This document shows positions 1 through 9,350 of a stretch of 64,000 nucleotides of DNA, one piece after another. A program made the translations under genes and the position numbers. Source of the stretch: Methanotrichaceae archaeon (lineage in GTDB: Archaea; Halobacteriota; Methanosarcinia; Methanotrichales; Methanotrichaceae); NCBI GenBank assembly GCA_963754945.1, contig CAVWIG010000028.1:96001-160000 (forward strand), in the 5' to 3' direction. Every line of letters begins with the position of its first letter. Position 1 is the stretch's first letter. Below the pieces are notes generated by a model that was not told where the DNA came from, made no database searches, and worked only from the letters and a program-made list of their open reading frames with translations.

Positions 1-638
1 AGCGGTCAATAGACCTCATGAACAAGCACAAGAAGGGAGGTTGGAGCCAGATGCGATTCAACCGTCTGCGAAGAGGCGCGATAAAGTCCTTCCTCACCGA
101 AGCTGTAGAAGACCTGAATAGCCTCGACATCCAGGAGATCAAAGGGCTGGTGGTGGCCGGTCCGGGTGAGGCCAAAGGCCAGTTAATTGAGATGCTGCCG
201 GCTTCCTGGAAAGGCAAGGTCCTGGGCGTTCTGGACATCTCCATGCAAACGCCTTCCGGCGATCTGGTAAAGCTGGGAAACGAGATTGTTAGCAGCGAGC
301 AGTCCAGGGAACGGGAGCTGGCGGAGAAGCTGAAAGATGCAGTGTTCAAAGGGCAGCCTGCCGCCTACGGCCTGGCCGAGGTGGGAGAGGCTCTGAAGCA
401 GGGAAGGGTGAACCACCTGCTCCTCGCAAACAGCTTCGCCCTTCCGCAGATGATCTGCAAGAAGTGCCATTTCCACGGAGAGGGCGAGACCTGTCCGACC
501 TGCGGAGGACAGATGCAGGCTCTGAGCCTGGAGGAGCTGTATCAGCAAGCAGAGAGGACGGGGGCTGAGGTGGTGCTGGTGGAGGATGATGCGTTCCTGG
601 AGTCGATCGGTGGAATTGGGGCGATGCTGAGGTATTAG
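1..638 (+). CDS. eRF1-like release factor paralog (Vms1-like/baeRF-type), 5' end probably outside window
   Basis: HKKGGWSQxRFxRxR loop, eRF1 domain 2/3-like segments (VVAGPGEAK, AAYGLAEV, GGIGAMLRY), CxxC..CxxC insertion. Confidence 0.8.
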   Translation, partial: RSIDLMNKHKKGGWSQMRFNRLRRGAIKSFLTEAVEDLNSLDIQEIKGLVVAGPGEAKGQLIEMLPASWKGKVLGVLDISMQTPSGDLVKLGNEIVSSEQSRERELAEKLKDAVFKGQPAAYGLAEVGEALKQGRVNHLLLANSFALPQMICKKCHFHGEGETCPTCGGQMQALSLEELYQQAERTGAEVVLVEDDAFLESIGGIGAMLRY

Positions 639-693
639 TAGGATGCAGGCAGGAGAGACTCATTTCATTTGAAATTTTAAAAACTTAATTTCT

Positions 694-1035
694 TTAGTGT
701 ATGGAGACGTTGTATACCATCCACAATGATATAACTCCCACAGCAACGAGAAGAGCATTTACGATTTGACCGTCTCCTAGTCGCCAGCGTTTAAGGGTGA
801 ATTTTGTGTTTATCAGGACATGCACCATGAAGAAGAAAACCAGATACATATCCAGTTGGGTGTGTAAATATTTGGCCTGCTGAACCGGCATTATGATATG
901 ATCTACCCAGGCATATCCTGAAACCAGGAAGACTATCATGAAGATCAAAAGTGCCCAAGCGCTGATTCTGTTAATCTTAACCAAAATGTGACCGGTGTTC
1001 AGAGTTAACCACCATTTGATATTACAAGTGAACAA
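694..1035 (-). CDS. small integral membrane protein (~3 TM, His residues)
   Basis: Three hydrophobic segments in the ORF. Confidence 0.55.
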   Translation of the reverse strand: MFTCNIKWWLTLNTGHILVKINRISAWALLIFMIVFLVSGYAWVDHIIMPVQQAKYLHTQLDMYLVFFFMVHVLINTKFTLKRWRLGDGQIVNALLVAVGVISLWMVYNVSIH

Positions 1036-1359
1036 GTCTGTTCTTTTATAGCTTTCTTATTATTTGACGATTTCGGTCAAGGCAATTGTCGATATACTTC
1101 TATGGATGTAGATTGATGCGCGCATTTTTAAAAGTATAAATTAGAGTTCCGTCATTCCTTCTGCCATATGGTAAGCCTCTGCCCAAGAATTGCGAGCAGA
1201 GGTATCGCCTGATAATTCAGTGCTGGTTAGGCAATATTCTTACAACTAAAGGTATCCTGGGAATCCAAGCACCTAGAGAGCCATCTCCGATCTTCCCAGC
1301 GGCTGCGTTGCAGACTTCTCTCGGTTAGTTAAATGGCCCTCGATGAATTTGTTAATGCT

Positions 1360-1731
1360 TTACTCCTCCTCCAGCCTGCACAACTGGCAGCTATGATGCC
1401 AGACCGGCTCAGCCCTGACGTGCAGCGGATTCTCCATGCTCCACTTGCCAGCCCTCATCTCCTGAATGAACTTGTGGACCCCGGCTGCGTCCATGCCCTT
1501 TGGTTTGATCTTCCCCACCTCGCGACCGATGACGTCGTGGTGGCCTTCAGCCTTGTCGAACTTCATGACAACATACTCGGGGTCGTCCTCGGAATCGCTG
1601 TCGTTCAGGTAGAGCAAGCCATCGTGATAGAAACTGTAGCACATAGGCCACTTATGCCTGGTCATGGCCTCCACCAGGTCATCTTCGCTATCGAGTTCCT
1701 TGCTGGAGAATACGCGGTCGGAATGAATCAT
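1360..1731 (-). CDS. hypothetical protein
   Basis: 123-aa ORF of natural composition, C-terminal HHSCQLC. Confidence 0.6.
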   Translation of the reverse strand: MIHSDRVFSSKELDSEDDLVEAMTRHKWPMCYSFYHDGLLYLNDSDSEDDPEYVVMKFDKAEGHHDVIGREVGKIKPKGMDAAGVHKFIQEMRAGKWSMENPLHVRAEPVWHHSCQLCRLEEE

Positions 1732-1831
1732 AATCTTTCACCTTTACGAGGAGAATACTAATGCCGCTTGGACTTAAATAGTTTCTTTGATGCCAAAAAT
1801 TGCCGACGGAGTAGCATTGCCACCCCTTCAC

Positions 1832-2716
1832 TTAGAACGGTGCACGTAAACCGCTTGGGTTGTTGTTCCTTATGAGATCCGTTGTGCAACTGCAAATGTC
1901 CTGTATCGCCTTGGCGCTTGCTACACCTTGAGAAGCCTTTGACTGCTGGGCATCCTGCTGCTTCTGTTGCATTTCCAGCACTCCGGAAGCCATCACAGCA
2001 GCTTCTCGAACGCTGCTATTCTCGTCCTTTAGTGCTTGAGTAAGAGGACCTGATGCACGTATGTCTCCGATCGATCCAAGGGCGTATGCAGCATACCGTC
2101 GGACCGCCCAATCTCCATCCCTAAGCGATGTGATAAGCGGGTCTACTGCTTTCTTGTCTTTGATGTTTCCCAGAGCTGCCGCCGCATTTGCACGGACGGT
2201 TCCATCCGTATCATTGAGAGCCAGGATTAAGGGGTCTACTGCTTGATCGACTTTTATACCTCGGGATGATAATTCAACTAGCACCACTGCAGAGCCCCGG
2301 CGGACATTGATATCTCCGTCCTTGAGGGCCTGGGTCAGTGGAATTACTGACTTGCTATCGTTGATCATTCCCAGAGCTAAGGCGGCATTTGCCCGGACGT
2401 ATGGATCTTTATCGCCCTTTAGGACCTTGCTCAAAGAGCCCGCGGCTATCGGATCTCCGATCTTTTCTAATGCAAGTTCTGCTCCGACCCGGACGCTGCT
2501 ATTGCTGTCATTAAGAGCCCTGATCAACGGTTCTACTGCCGGTCCTCCAATTTTTTCGATAGCGGATACAGCCGCTTCTCGAACGCTGGAGTTATTATCA
2601 TTTAGTGACTGAATTAAAGCATCAATGGCATTTGCATTTGTTTGCCCTTGCCCCAAAGCTGGCAAAGTGGACAACACGGCAATTAGGATTAGACAGATAA
2701 TGAAATCTCGCCTCAG
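1832..2716 (-). CDS. secreted HEAT/PBS-lyase repeat protein (probable CTG start)
   Basis: Repeated LxDxxxxVRxxAAxALGxI units. The frame extends to CTG at 2716, 7 nt after GGAGG, giving a signal peptide (RRDFIICLILIAVLSTLPALG). Confidence 0.8.
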   Translation of the reverse strand: MRRDFIICLILIAVLSTLPALGQGQTNANAIDALIQSLNDNNSSVREAAVSAIEKIGGPAVEPLIRALNDSNSSVRVGAELALEKIGDPIAAGSLSKVLKGDKDPYVRANAALALGMINDSKSVIPLTQALKDGDINVRRGSAVVLVELSSRGIKVDQAVDPLILALNDTDGTVRANAAAALGNIKDKKAVDPLITSLRDGDWAVRRYAAYALGSIGDIRASGPLTQALKDENSSVREAAVMASGVLEMQQKQQDAQQSKASQGVASAKAIQDICSCTTDLIRNNNPSGLRAPF

Positions 2717-2903
2717 TATAATTCCTCCAAGGACTATTAGGTTAATATTGATTATATAACTTCTTTAAGGCGCGCTTTTGTTAGTCATGCAATAATCATC
2801 GGGAATTTCTGAAAAATGGGTAGGTATAAAGGGTACGCGGTATTAATTGTTTCTCGAAGGCAGATGAGGAGATCTTGAGACTGACCTCCCCAGATTTCTG
2901 TCT

Positions 2904-3899
2904 TCAAAAGACAACAGTCCAACCTTCGTTTGATGCATCCTGTGCGGTGTAGCTGACTCCATGCACCTTCAAACCTTTGTTGTCGAGAAGGGTTATGATG
3001 CCACCGCCAATTGGCAGCTCTATGCCCTTGGCAAGGAGCTTGACCATCATGGTCTGTCCAGCATTGATGACTCCAGAAAGCGGCACTTTATTCTTGTTCC
3101 TGTCCGCCAGTGACCATCCCTTCAGATCGATCGTCTTCGGCGTGGTGTTGAGGATGGTGACACTCTCCAATCCCTGGTCAGGACCTGTCGGATTAACCAG
3201 AGCGGCAACTATGAGCACCCGTCTATCCGCAGCTTTAGCCACGCAGGCTTCAGGAATACTGTGGCCTGTAGTGTCATCTGTATGGAAGCACTGCGATTGG
3301 AAGGCCAGAAACACGGCCACCCATCTGTTTTCATCCGGGAAATGGAAGATGAGACCACCATCCTGCCAGGGGCCGTCATCATTTGCCCAGTTCGAAGAGT
3401 TTCCCTGGTTCATGTGGATGTCGTGAATTCCGTTTCCGGGCAGGAAGTCGAAATACTGATCACGCTTGTCGTTCTCCGGGCCCCATCTCTGGCCGAATGC
3501 GTAGACTTCGCTTGACTCCATGGCCATGCTTCTTTCTACGTACTTGTGAAGCAGCTCGTTCAAGTCGTTGTCCGGTCCAGGGACGTTGGCAGGAAGCGGC
3601 TTCATGTTAGATACATCGAAGAGGTTTGCTCTTATGAAGTCCAGGGCCATTCCGCCCGGCTTACTATCCAGCTCCTGGAATCCGAAGTCCAAGGCTTGGA
3701 GATCCTTTAGGATCGGGTGATCGAAGTTCTCATCTACATAATAAAGATCGTCAGATGGAGAATCCTGGGATTTCACATTGACCGCAATGCGGAACCTATC
3801 ATGGTTGCTTACCTTCACCTGAAAATGGGGGCTGTTTCCCTGGCCGTTCATCGAATCCTTGGCTTTTCCTTTTAAAACACCGTAGTTATTTATTGGCAT
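2904..3899 (-). CDS. DUF2278/YukJ-like protein with C-terminal lamin-tail-like domain
   Basis: YGVLKG start, PHF, LDFIR, GIHDIHMNQG, WQDGG motifs; C-terminal ALVNP..E.V.I.N...IDL.GW.L.D. Confidence 0.8.
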   Translation of the reverse strand: MPINNYGVLKGKAKDSMNGQGNSPHFQVKVSNHDRFRIAVNVKSQDSPSDDLYYVDENFDHPILKDLQALDFGFQELDSKPGGMALDFIRANLFDVSNMKPLPANVPGPDNDLNELLHKYVERSMAMESSEVYAFGQRWGPENDKRDQYFDFLPGNGIHDIHMNQGNSSNWANDDGPWQDGGLIFHFPDENRWVAVFLAFQSQCFHTDDTTGHSIPEACVAKAADRRVLIVAALVNPTGPDQGLESVTILNTTPKTIDLKGWSLADRNKNKVPLSGVINAGQTMMVKLLAKGIELPIGGGIITLLDNKGLKVHGVSYTAQDASNEGWTVVF

Positions 3900-4135
3900 A
3901 TATGTCTCCCAACATGTTAAAAGATTTTAATATATAAGTAGATTTGCACACCAATAAGAATCAAAAATTGCCCTCAGTTACATCGGAAATCATCTGCCGG
4001 ACAGACCAGAGAGATCAGAGACATCCCAAAGGAACTGCAATTTCTTAATGGATGAGACTGAGGCAAGTTATGAAGTTATTACATCCATAAATATTATATG
4101 AATATTTCACGATTAATTGAGCGCTCAAAGCAAGC

Positions 4136-5056
4136 TCAAATTGGCAGCGTTGACTTGAGGAGCACGTCCACAATTATTGCCGCAAACAGCACCGCTCTAT
4201 AGTTGGCCGACTGGTAAAACAGCCGATTCCCGCGTTCTGCAGTGGGATTAAGCACGAAGTCCAGATTTTGTAGGAGGAGCCAGCCTCCGGCCAAGGCCGC
4301 AGCGACCAGATAGAGCAGCCCGAGACCAGCAGAGAGGCCAAGAGCAATTGATAGGGCAACTCCGATTAACCAGAATATCGCTACCATCTTTGAGGTCGCC
4401 GGTATTCCATAAGTCGCAGGCGTTGTCGGTATGCCCTCGGCCCTGTCGCCTTCAACGTCTCGGGAAGCATCGCAGTTTGTGAAGCCCCAGTCAGTGATGC
4501 AGATCATTAGGGCAAGGATTATGGAAGCTGGATGGATACCAGAACCTGCCTTCAGGAATCCGACGGGCTCCACTGCCAGCCAGACTCCTAACGGTACCAG
4601 ACCGAAGGCAAGGCCAACGAAGATCCAGGAAAAGGGTGTGGCCCTCTTGGCCCAAGCTGAGTAGATGGTGATAATGATCGTTGCGACTATGAGGTTTACA
4701 AAGCTCTCAGGGTTGAGATAGAGCGAAATGACACCTGCTACTGCAAAAAGGAGAAGCGACCAGGCTTGAGCCTCGTGCTTGCCGAGCCGCAGTGAAGGCA
4801 GAGGCCGGTTGGGCATAGCAACCCTATCAACATCTATGTCGCAGCAGTCATTGAAGACATACGAACTGGTTATGGCACAATAAGCGCCAACGACAACGAG
4901 GAGAAACGGCAAAAGGGCAGGCAGGCCGCCGCTGACTGCATAGCTTGCTAGCATGGCCGATGCCGCTGGCATAGCCAGGTCCATTGGAGCCAGAGGTGGC
5001 CGCAGTAGCTGGATATGACCCTCAAAACGCGTGAGGTTCATAACCCCCATTAGCAA
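4136..5056 (-). CDS. UbiA-family prenyltransferase
   Basis: NDxxDxxxD..xPNRPLPS and DxxRDVEGD motifs, multiple TM helices. Confidence 0.9.
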   Translation of the reverse strand: MLMGVMNLTRFEGHIQLLRPPLAPMDLAMPAASAMLASYAVSGGLPALLPFLLVVVGAYCAITSSYVFNDCCDIDVDRVAMPNRPLPSLRLGKHEAQAWSLLLFAVAGVISLYLNPESFVNLIVATIIITIYSAWAKRATPFSWIFVGLAFGLVPLGVWLAVEPVGFLKAGSGIHPASIILALMICITDWGFTNCDASRDVEGDRAEGIPTTPATYGIPATSKMVAIFWLIGVALSIALGLSAGLGLLYLVAAALAGGWLLLQNLDFVLNPTAERGNRLFYQSANYRAVLFAAIIVDVLLKSTLPI

Positions 5057-5064
5057 TACACCAT

Positions 5065-5787
5065 CTAAATAAAACCCTCGAAGAGATCGAAGTGCAATTC
5101 GGGCTTAACCAGAAAGTCCAGACGTCCTTGCTCACGCAGAAGTGGATACATCTCCTTTCCCTTAGTAATGCCAAGCTTGAGCAGCAAGCTATTATCCGGA
5201 GCGTCAACCCTGCGCAGTTCGGCGGCCTCCGGGCAGCGAGGGTTTTTTACAAACCCGTCTTTGGTAAAGAAGTATGCCCCCCCACCCTTTTGTCTATAAG
5301 GATCGTAGAGCGATGAAAACTCCCTGGCCACAAAGTTGGCCATCTTGAGAGTCTTGTTGGATCGATTTATAGTGATGTGGCCATAGTCCGGAGGCACAAG
5401 CACCTTGTCTCCGGGAGAGGCATTAACCGCCACTGCGTCGCTAAAGTCCTGTTTCTGCAGGAGGTACAACGCCTCTCCCTCTAACACTTCGTAGATCTCT
5501 GGGTAGGAGACTCTGCCTCCGGGGGGTATAGGGTGGTAGTGGCCTGCTGTCTTGATGTACTCCAAGCCGAGCATGCCTGGAGGAATGACGGTGATGTCGT
5601 ACCTTAGACCTTGGTCGAGGAGACGATCGCGATCCGACCGACTGAGGTAAAGATCTCTATACATGTAGTAAAGCTCGAGGTTCGGGGCACCAGCTAGCCA
5701 CTTTTGATCGAAGATCACATCCGACATATCGTATAGCCGACGAATATCGGGCTCTTTGAACTTGCCTCCAAACTCAAGTCCTTTCAT
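5065..5787 (-). CDS. pgi: cupin-type glucose-6-phosphate isomerase
   Basis: KTAGHYH, YPEIYEVLEGEA, VPPDYGHITIN motifs. Confidence 0.85.
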   Translation of the reverse strand: MKGLEFGGKFKEPDIRRLYDMSDVIFDQKWLAGAPNLELYYMYRDLYLSRSDRDRLLDQGLRYDITVIPPGMLGLEYIKTAGHYHPIPPGGRVSYPEIYEVLEGEALYLLQKQDFSDAVAVNASPGDKVLVPPDYGHITINRSNKTLKMANFVAREFSSLYDPYRQKGGGAYFFTKDGFVKNPRCPEAAELRRVDAPDNSLLLKLGITKGKEMYPLLREQGRLDFLVKPELHFDLFEGFI

Positions 5788-5934
5788 GCCCCAACTCCAT
5801 ACATTCAGATGTATCCATGGTTTATATTGATAGTCCCAGCTATAGTCCAGGTATCCTACAACGCCTCAAGCTTATGTTTGGATCGCTTCAGCAGAGCTAG
5901 TCGTGGGCTCAACGCCAATTCAAGGAAACCCTGA

Positions 5935-6384
5935 TTAATGGCAGTTAAGAGGCCCGTCGATGGTAAAGTACTCAGTCAGTACCTTCTTGTAATCGACTAT
6001 GACGTCTACCTTCCACATGCCGGGCATGCGGGCAGGATCATACCCCTTTATTTTGAGACAGGACCATAGCGGTGCTGCCCATTGTCCAGCCGGGCCGTCG
6101 ACCGGCGGTATCACTCCAAAGGACCTTGAATAGACTCTTCCCTCTGGATAGTACCATCTCCATTCAACATTGTGGACTTCAAGGTCCCTCCACACCAGGA
6201 GCCAGGAGACGGCCTGATCATCATCTGTCGAGAAGGTGCTCGTCCTCCCTATAGGTTCCGAGAACTTGCCTATGTCTGAGGCCATTGTGTGCTCGCTGAT
6301 CAGGAAGAACATTGGATCTGCATGTACCGCTCCTCCAACGAGCAAAAAGGCCAGAATAGCCAAAACTAACTTGGTTGCTCTCAT
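5935..6384 (-). CDS. secreted hypothetical protein (beta-rich)
   Basis: Signal peptide ending VHA; Trp-rich beta pattern. Confidence 0.65.
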   Translation of the reverse strand: MRATKLVLAILAFLLVGGAVHADPMFFLISEHTMASDIGKFSEPIGRTSTFSTDDDQAVSWLLVWRDLEVHNVEWRWYYPEGRVYSRSFGVIPPVDGPAGQWAAPLWSCLKIKGYDPARMPGMWKVDVIVDYKKVLTEYFTIDGPLNCH

Positions 6385-6599
6385 CGCTGCTCACCTTATA
6401 AGTTTGTTTAATACCCCATCTATCTATAATAAATGACTTGATTATAAAGATAACGATCCTTACCACCCAGTACATAGATCGAAAATTCGGATCTCAAGAA
6501 AAGTGCGACTCACACATTTCGAAGCCGATGTCCAGGACACGTGGTCTATCTAAGGTAAACAGACACAGCGTAAAGATATGAATTATTGAATAATTCTAT

Positions 6600-7234
6600 C
6601 TACAAAATCAGCGGCTCAAATCCACTCATCCTGGCTATAGCTCCAGGGATATCCACAACGCTTATCGCCGCATCTATTATGTTTCCATCGCCTGTTGCAA
6701 TCACGCCCTCCATCTCTTCAGTTGACGATCGACGTCTCGAGCCGTCCTGACCATTCCCTGCACATCATGCTCGGACATGATCCTTCTCATCAATTCGGCC
6801 AGTCTGCCGCTCATGCCGATCTGTTGATCCAAAAGGACCTCGGTTACGGCCGGGCACGCGGATAAGAGCAGATCGAAAATTGCGTCGAGGGCTGGAGCTG
6901 TTAGGTCTGAGGGCCTGTAGCTCCTGAATATCCCCTGGATATCGCGAAGGAAACCATCGTCGCAGAGATATACTGGCTTTCCGCCGAGGAGGCTCTCCAC
7001 CGAGATTAGCACGTTGTATCCATCGATAAACAACGCTCTTGCATGTAGAGCTTCCAAGGGCTGAATCTTATCCTTTCGTGCTTTCGCCGTGTCTGAGGCC
7101 ACCACCACTCTTGTCAGCACAAATCTCTGCTCTTCAGGGAGCAGGTGATGATCGGACACAAATCTTATGGCCGACTCCTTTGGGTATCCGCGATCCACCA
7201 GATACCTGGCATCCCGGGCGGCTGACCTCAGCAT
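6600..7234 (-). pseudogene. DUF434 (PIN-like) protein with frameshift near 6715; may be an assembly error
   Basis: RGYPKESAIRFV, IDGYNVLI, DDGFLRD. The C-terminus MEGVIATGDGNIIDAA...PLIL* continues in another frame to TAG at 6600. Confidence 0.7.
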
Positions 7235-7767
7235 CTCGTCGGCTTTGGCTTGTTCTCTAGAGACCTTCTGACCTCCTGGTAAAGATCGCCGCCATGCGAG
7301 TCAATGGCCACCACCATTGGCCCCAGATCTAAAGCCTCGAACTCCCAGAGGGCCTCGGCCATCCCCAGCTCCTGCAGGTGAACTTCCCGTATTTTGAGCT
7401 GCTTAGCAGCCACTGCCCCGCAGCCTCCTGGGTAGGCTAAGTACACTGCCCTTCCCCGAAAGGGCAGGCCCGGCAAGCCGCCTTTGCCAATGATGGCTCG
7501 AACGCCCAGATCGAGGATGAAGTCTGTGTACCGGTCCATCCTTCCGCTTGTGGTGGGACCCGCAGAGATGACCTTTTGGCCTCCGATCAATGGACCGCAA
7601 TGGTAAAGGGCAGCACCTTTCAGCTCGGCTGGGCTTCCCTTTGACCTGAGCAGGGCGTGAGCCTTGTCCCTGGCCGTGAATACGATACCGCTAAGAAAGA
7701 CGATATCTCCAACGTGTAAGGCCTCTATGTCCTGAATGGAGAGGGGCGTTTTGAGCTTATGCTCCAT
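7228..7767 (-). CDS. class I fumarate hydratase/tartrate dehydratase, beta subunit
   Basis: TARDKAH, YHCGP, GPTTSGRM, GKGG, LGMAEA. Confidence 0.9.
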   Translation of the reverse strand: MEHKLKTPLSIQDIEALHVGDIVFLSGIVFTARDKAHALLRSKGSPAELKGAALYHCGPLIGGQKVISAGPTTSGRMDRYTDFILDLGVRAIIGKGGLPGLPFRGRAVYLAYPGGCGAVAAKQLKIREVHLQELGMAEALWEFEALDLGPMVVAIDSHGGDLYQEVRRSLENKPKPTRC

Positions 7768-8585
7768 TACCTCACCACCTCCGAGGCGCACCTGTGGGCC
7801 CAGCACTGAAAGTTTATGGCCACAGGAAGCGAGGCCGTGTGACAGGAGGCCTTCTCAATCCTCACACCCAAGGCTGTAGTGTCGCCTCCCAGGCCCATAG
7901 GGCCTATCCCAAGGAAATTGATTCTTTCAAGCAGGTCCAGCTCCTGCTCGGAAGACCCAGGCAAGTTGAACAGAGCCTTCTTTGCTAGCCTTGCTGCCAG
8001 GTCGAAGGTTCCGCCTATTCCTATGCCCAGGAACAGAGGGGGACAGGCGTTGGCGGCGCGTTTCGCGACGCTCTGTAGAATGAAGTCGATTGGATCGTCG
8101 GCAGGGTTCAGCATCCCCACAAGGCTCATGTTCTCTGAGCCAGCACCCTTGGGAAAGACCGTGATGTGCAAGCCGTCTCCGTCCACCTCGTCCACGATCA
8201 AGTCAGGAAGCATTTCACCAGTATTGTCTCCGGTGTTCTTTCGGCTGAGAGGATCAACAACATTGGGCCTGAGCGGGACCTCCAGAGTTGCCCTGCGAAC
8301 TCCCTCCGCTATGGCATCGCGAAGATCGAAGTCCATATTCAGGTCGCGACCTTTCTGCACATTGAAAATAAGAAGGCCGGTGTCCTGGCACATGGGCAAG
8401 CTCTCAGACTGAGCTGTGTGGATGTTCTGAAGGATCAGTTGAAGTTGTGATCTGGCGACCCGATTGGTCTCAATCTCAAAGGCATGCTCGATCAGCCTCT
8501 GGACCCAAAGCGGCAGTGATGTCTCTGCCTCTCGGAGAACCCGTATGGTAGCCTCGACAACATCAGATCTTCTCATCTTTGCCAC
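7767..8585 (-). CDS. class I fumarate hydratase/tartrate dehydratase, alpha subunit
   Basis: PMCQDTG, KGAGSENMS, ACPP, GIGPMGLGG, CHTASLPVA, CWAHR. Confidence 0.9.
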   Translation of the reverse strand: MAKMRRSDVVEATIRVLREAETSLPLWVQRLIEHAFEIETNRVARSQLQLILQNIHTAQSESLPMCQDTGLLIFNVQKGRDLNMDFDLRDAIAEGVRRATLEVPLRPNVVDPLSRKNTGDNTGEMLPDLIVDEVDGDGLHITVFPKGAGSENMSLVGMLNPADDPIDFILQSVAKRAANACPPLFLGIGIGGTFDLAARLAKKALFNLPGSSEQELDLLERINFLGIGPMGLGGDTTALGVRIEKASCHTASLPVAINFQCWAHRCASEVVR

Positions 8586-9291
8586 CTATCTTGATCGGCC
8601 TGGACTGCTCAGGTATGGTCAGCTCCGTCTTTATTCCCAGGGCTTTTTCCAGGGCGTGCTTGTGCAGGTCTGCGGATGTGTGGATTCCTCCTGGGGTCCC
8701 GCGCACTGCCCGGCAGGGGTACTGCTGGCACAAAAGGCCCGCCAGGGCGGGAGCTTCCTCAACGGTCTTGCCTACCAGACCCTGAGCCACATGCCAGGTG
8801 CCTCCGCAGGGAGAGCCTCTGACAACCTTCACTGATGTTATCCGGCCGTCCTTTGTCTCCACATCGAACACTGGACTGCCCAGGCGCTCTGCAAAAGCGT
8901 CTACTGCAGGTATGCCGCACTTCTCCAGGGTGCAACAGATCTCATCCACCTCTATGTGAATGCCGTATTTTCTGGCGAGGTTCTCCAGCTCGCCTATGGA
9001 CCCCGCCCGACCCATTCCGCCAGGTATGACGACCGCCTTAACTCCCCGTTCTCCTGCAAGCTTTACGATTGAAGGGGTCAGATCCGGATGAAAGGTGTAG
9101 AGGATTAGAATGTCCGACTGAAAAACCCGTAGGTCCAGGTTCAGACCTTTGAGGAACTCCTCCGGGTCCTCTATGAAACCTGGAAGCTGCTCAGGGACAT
9201 CAGCCGTCATGACTTCAAAGTCGGTTTGCTGTTTGATGGTTTCTATCAGGCGTTCTCCATACTTGCCTCTCTTGACCACTCCAACCCGCAT
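8563..9291 (-). CDS. DUF166-family protein
   Basis: HPDL, ICC, RGSPCGGTW, YPCRA, IHTSA..H motifs. Confidence 0.75.
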   Translation of the reverse strand: MRVGVVKRGKYGERLIETIKQQTDFEVMTADVPEQLPGFIEDPEEFLKGLNLDLRVFQSDILILYTFHPDLTPSIVKLAGERGVKAVVIPGGMGRAGSIGELENLARKYGIHIEVDEICCTLEKCGIPAVDAFAERLGSPVFDVETKDGRITSVKVVRGSPCGGTWHVAQGLVGKTVEEAPALAGLLCQQYPCRAVRGTPGGIHTSADLHKHALEKALGIKTELTIPEQSRPIKIGGKDEKI

Positions 9292-9350
9292 GGAAGAACA
9301 TTCCCAAGGCGGGTTAAATAAATTCCTTTGCCGGAGAAAAGATATTTTAG

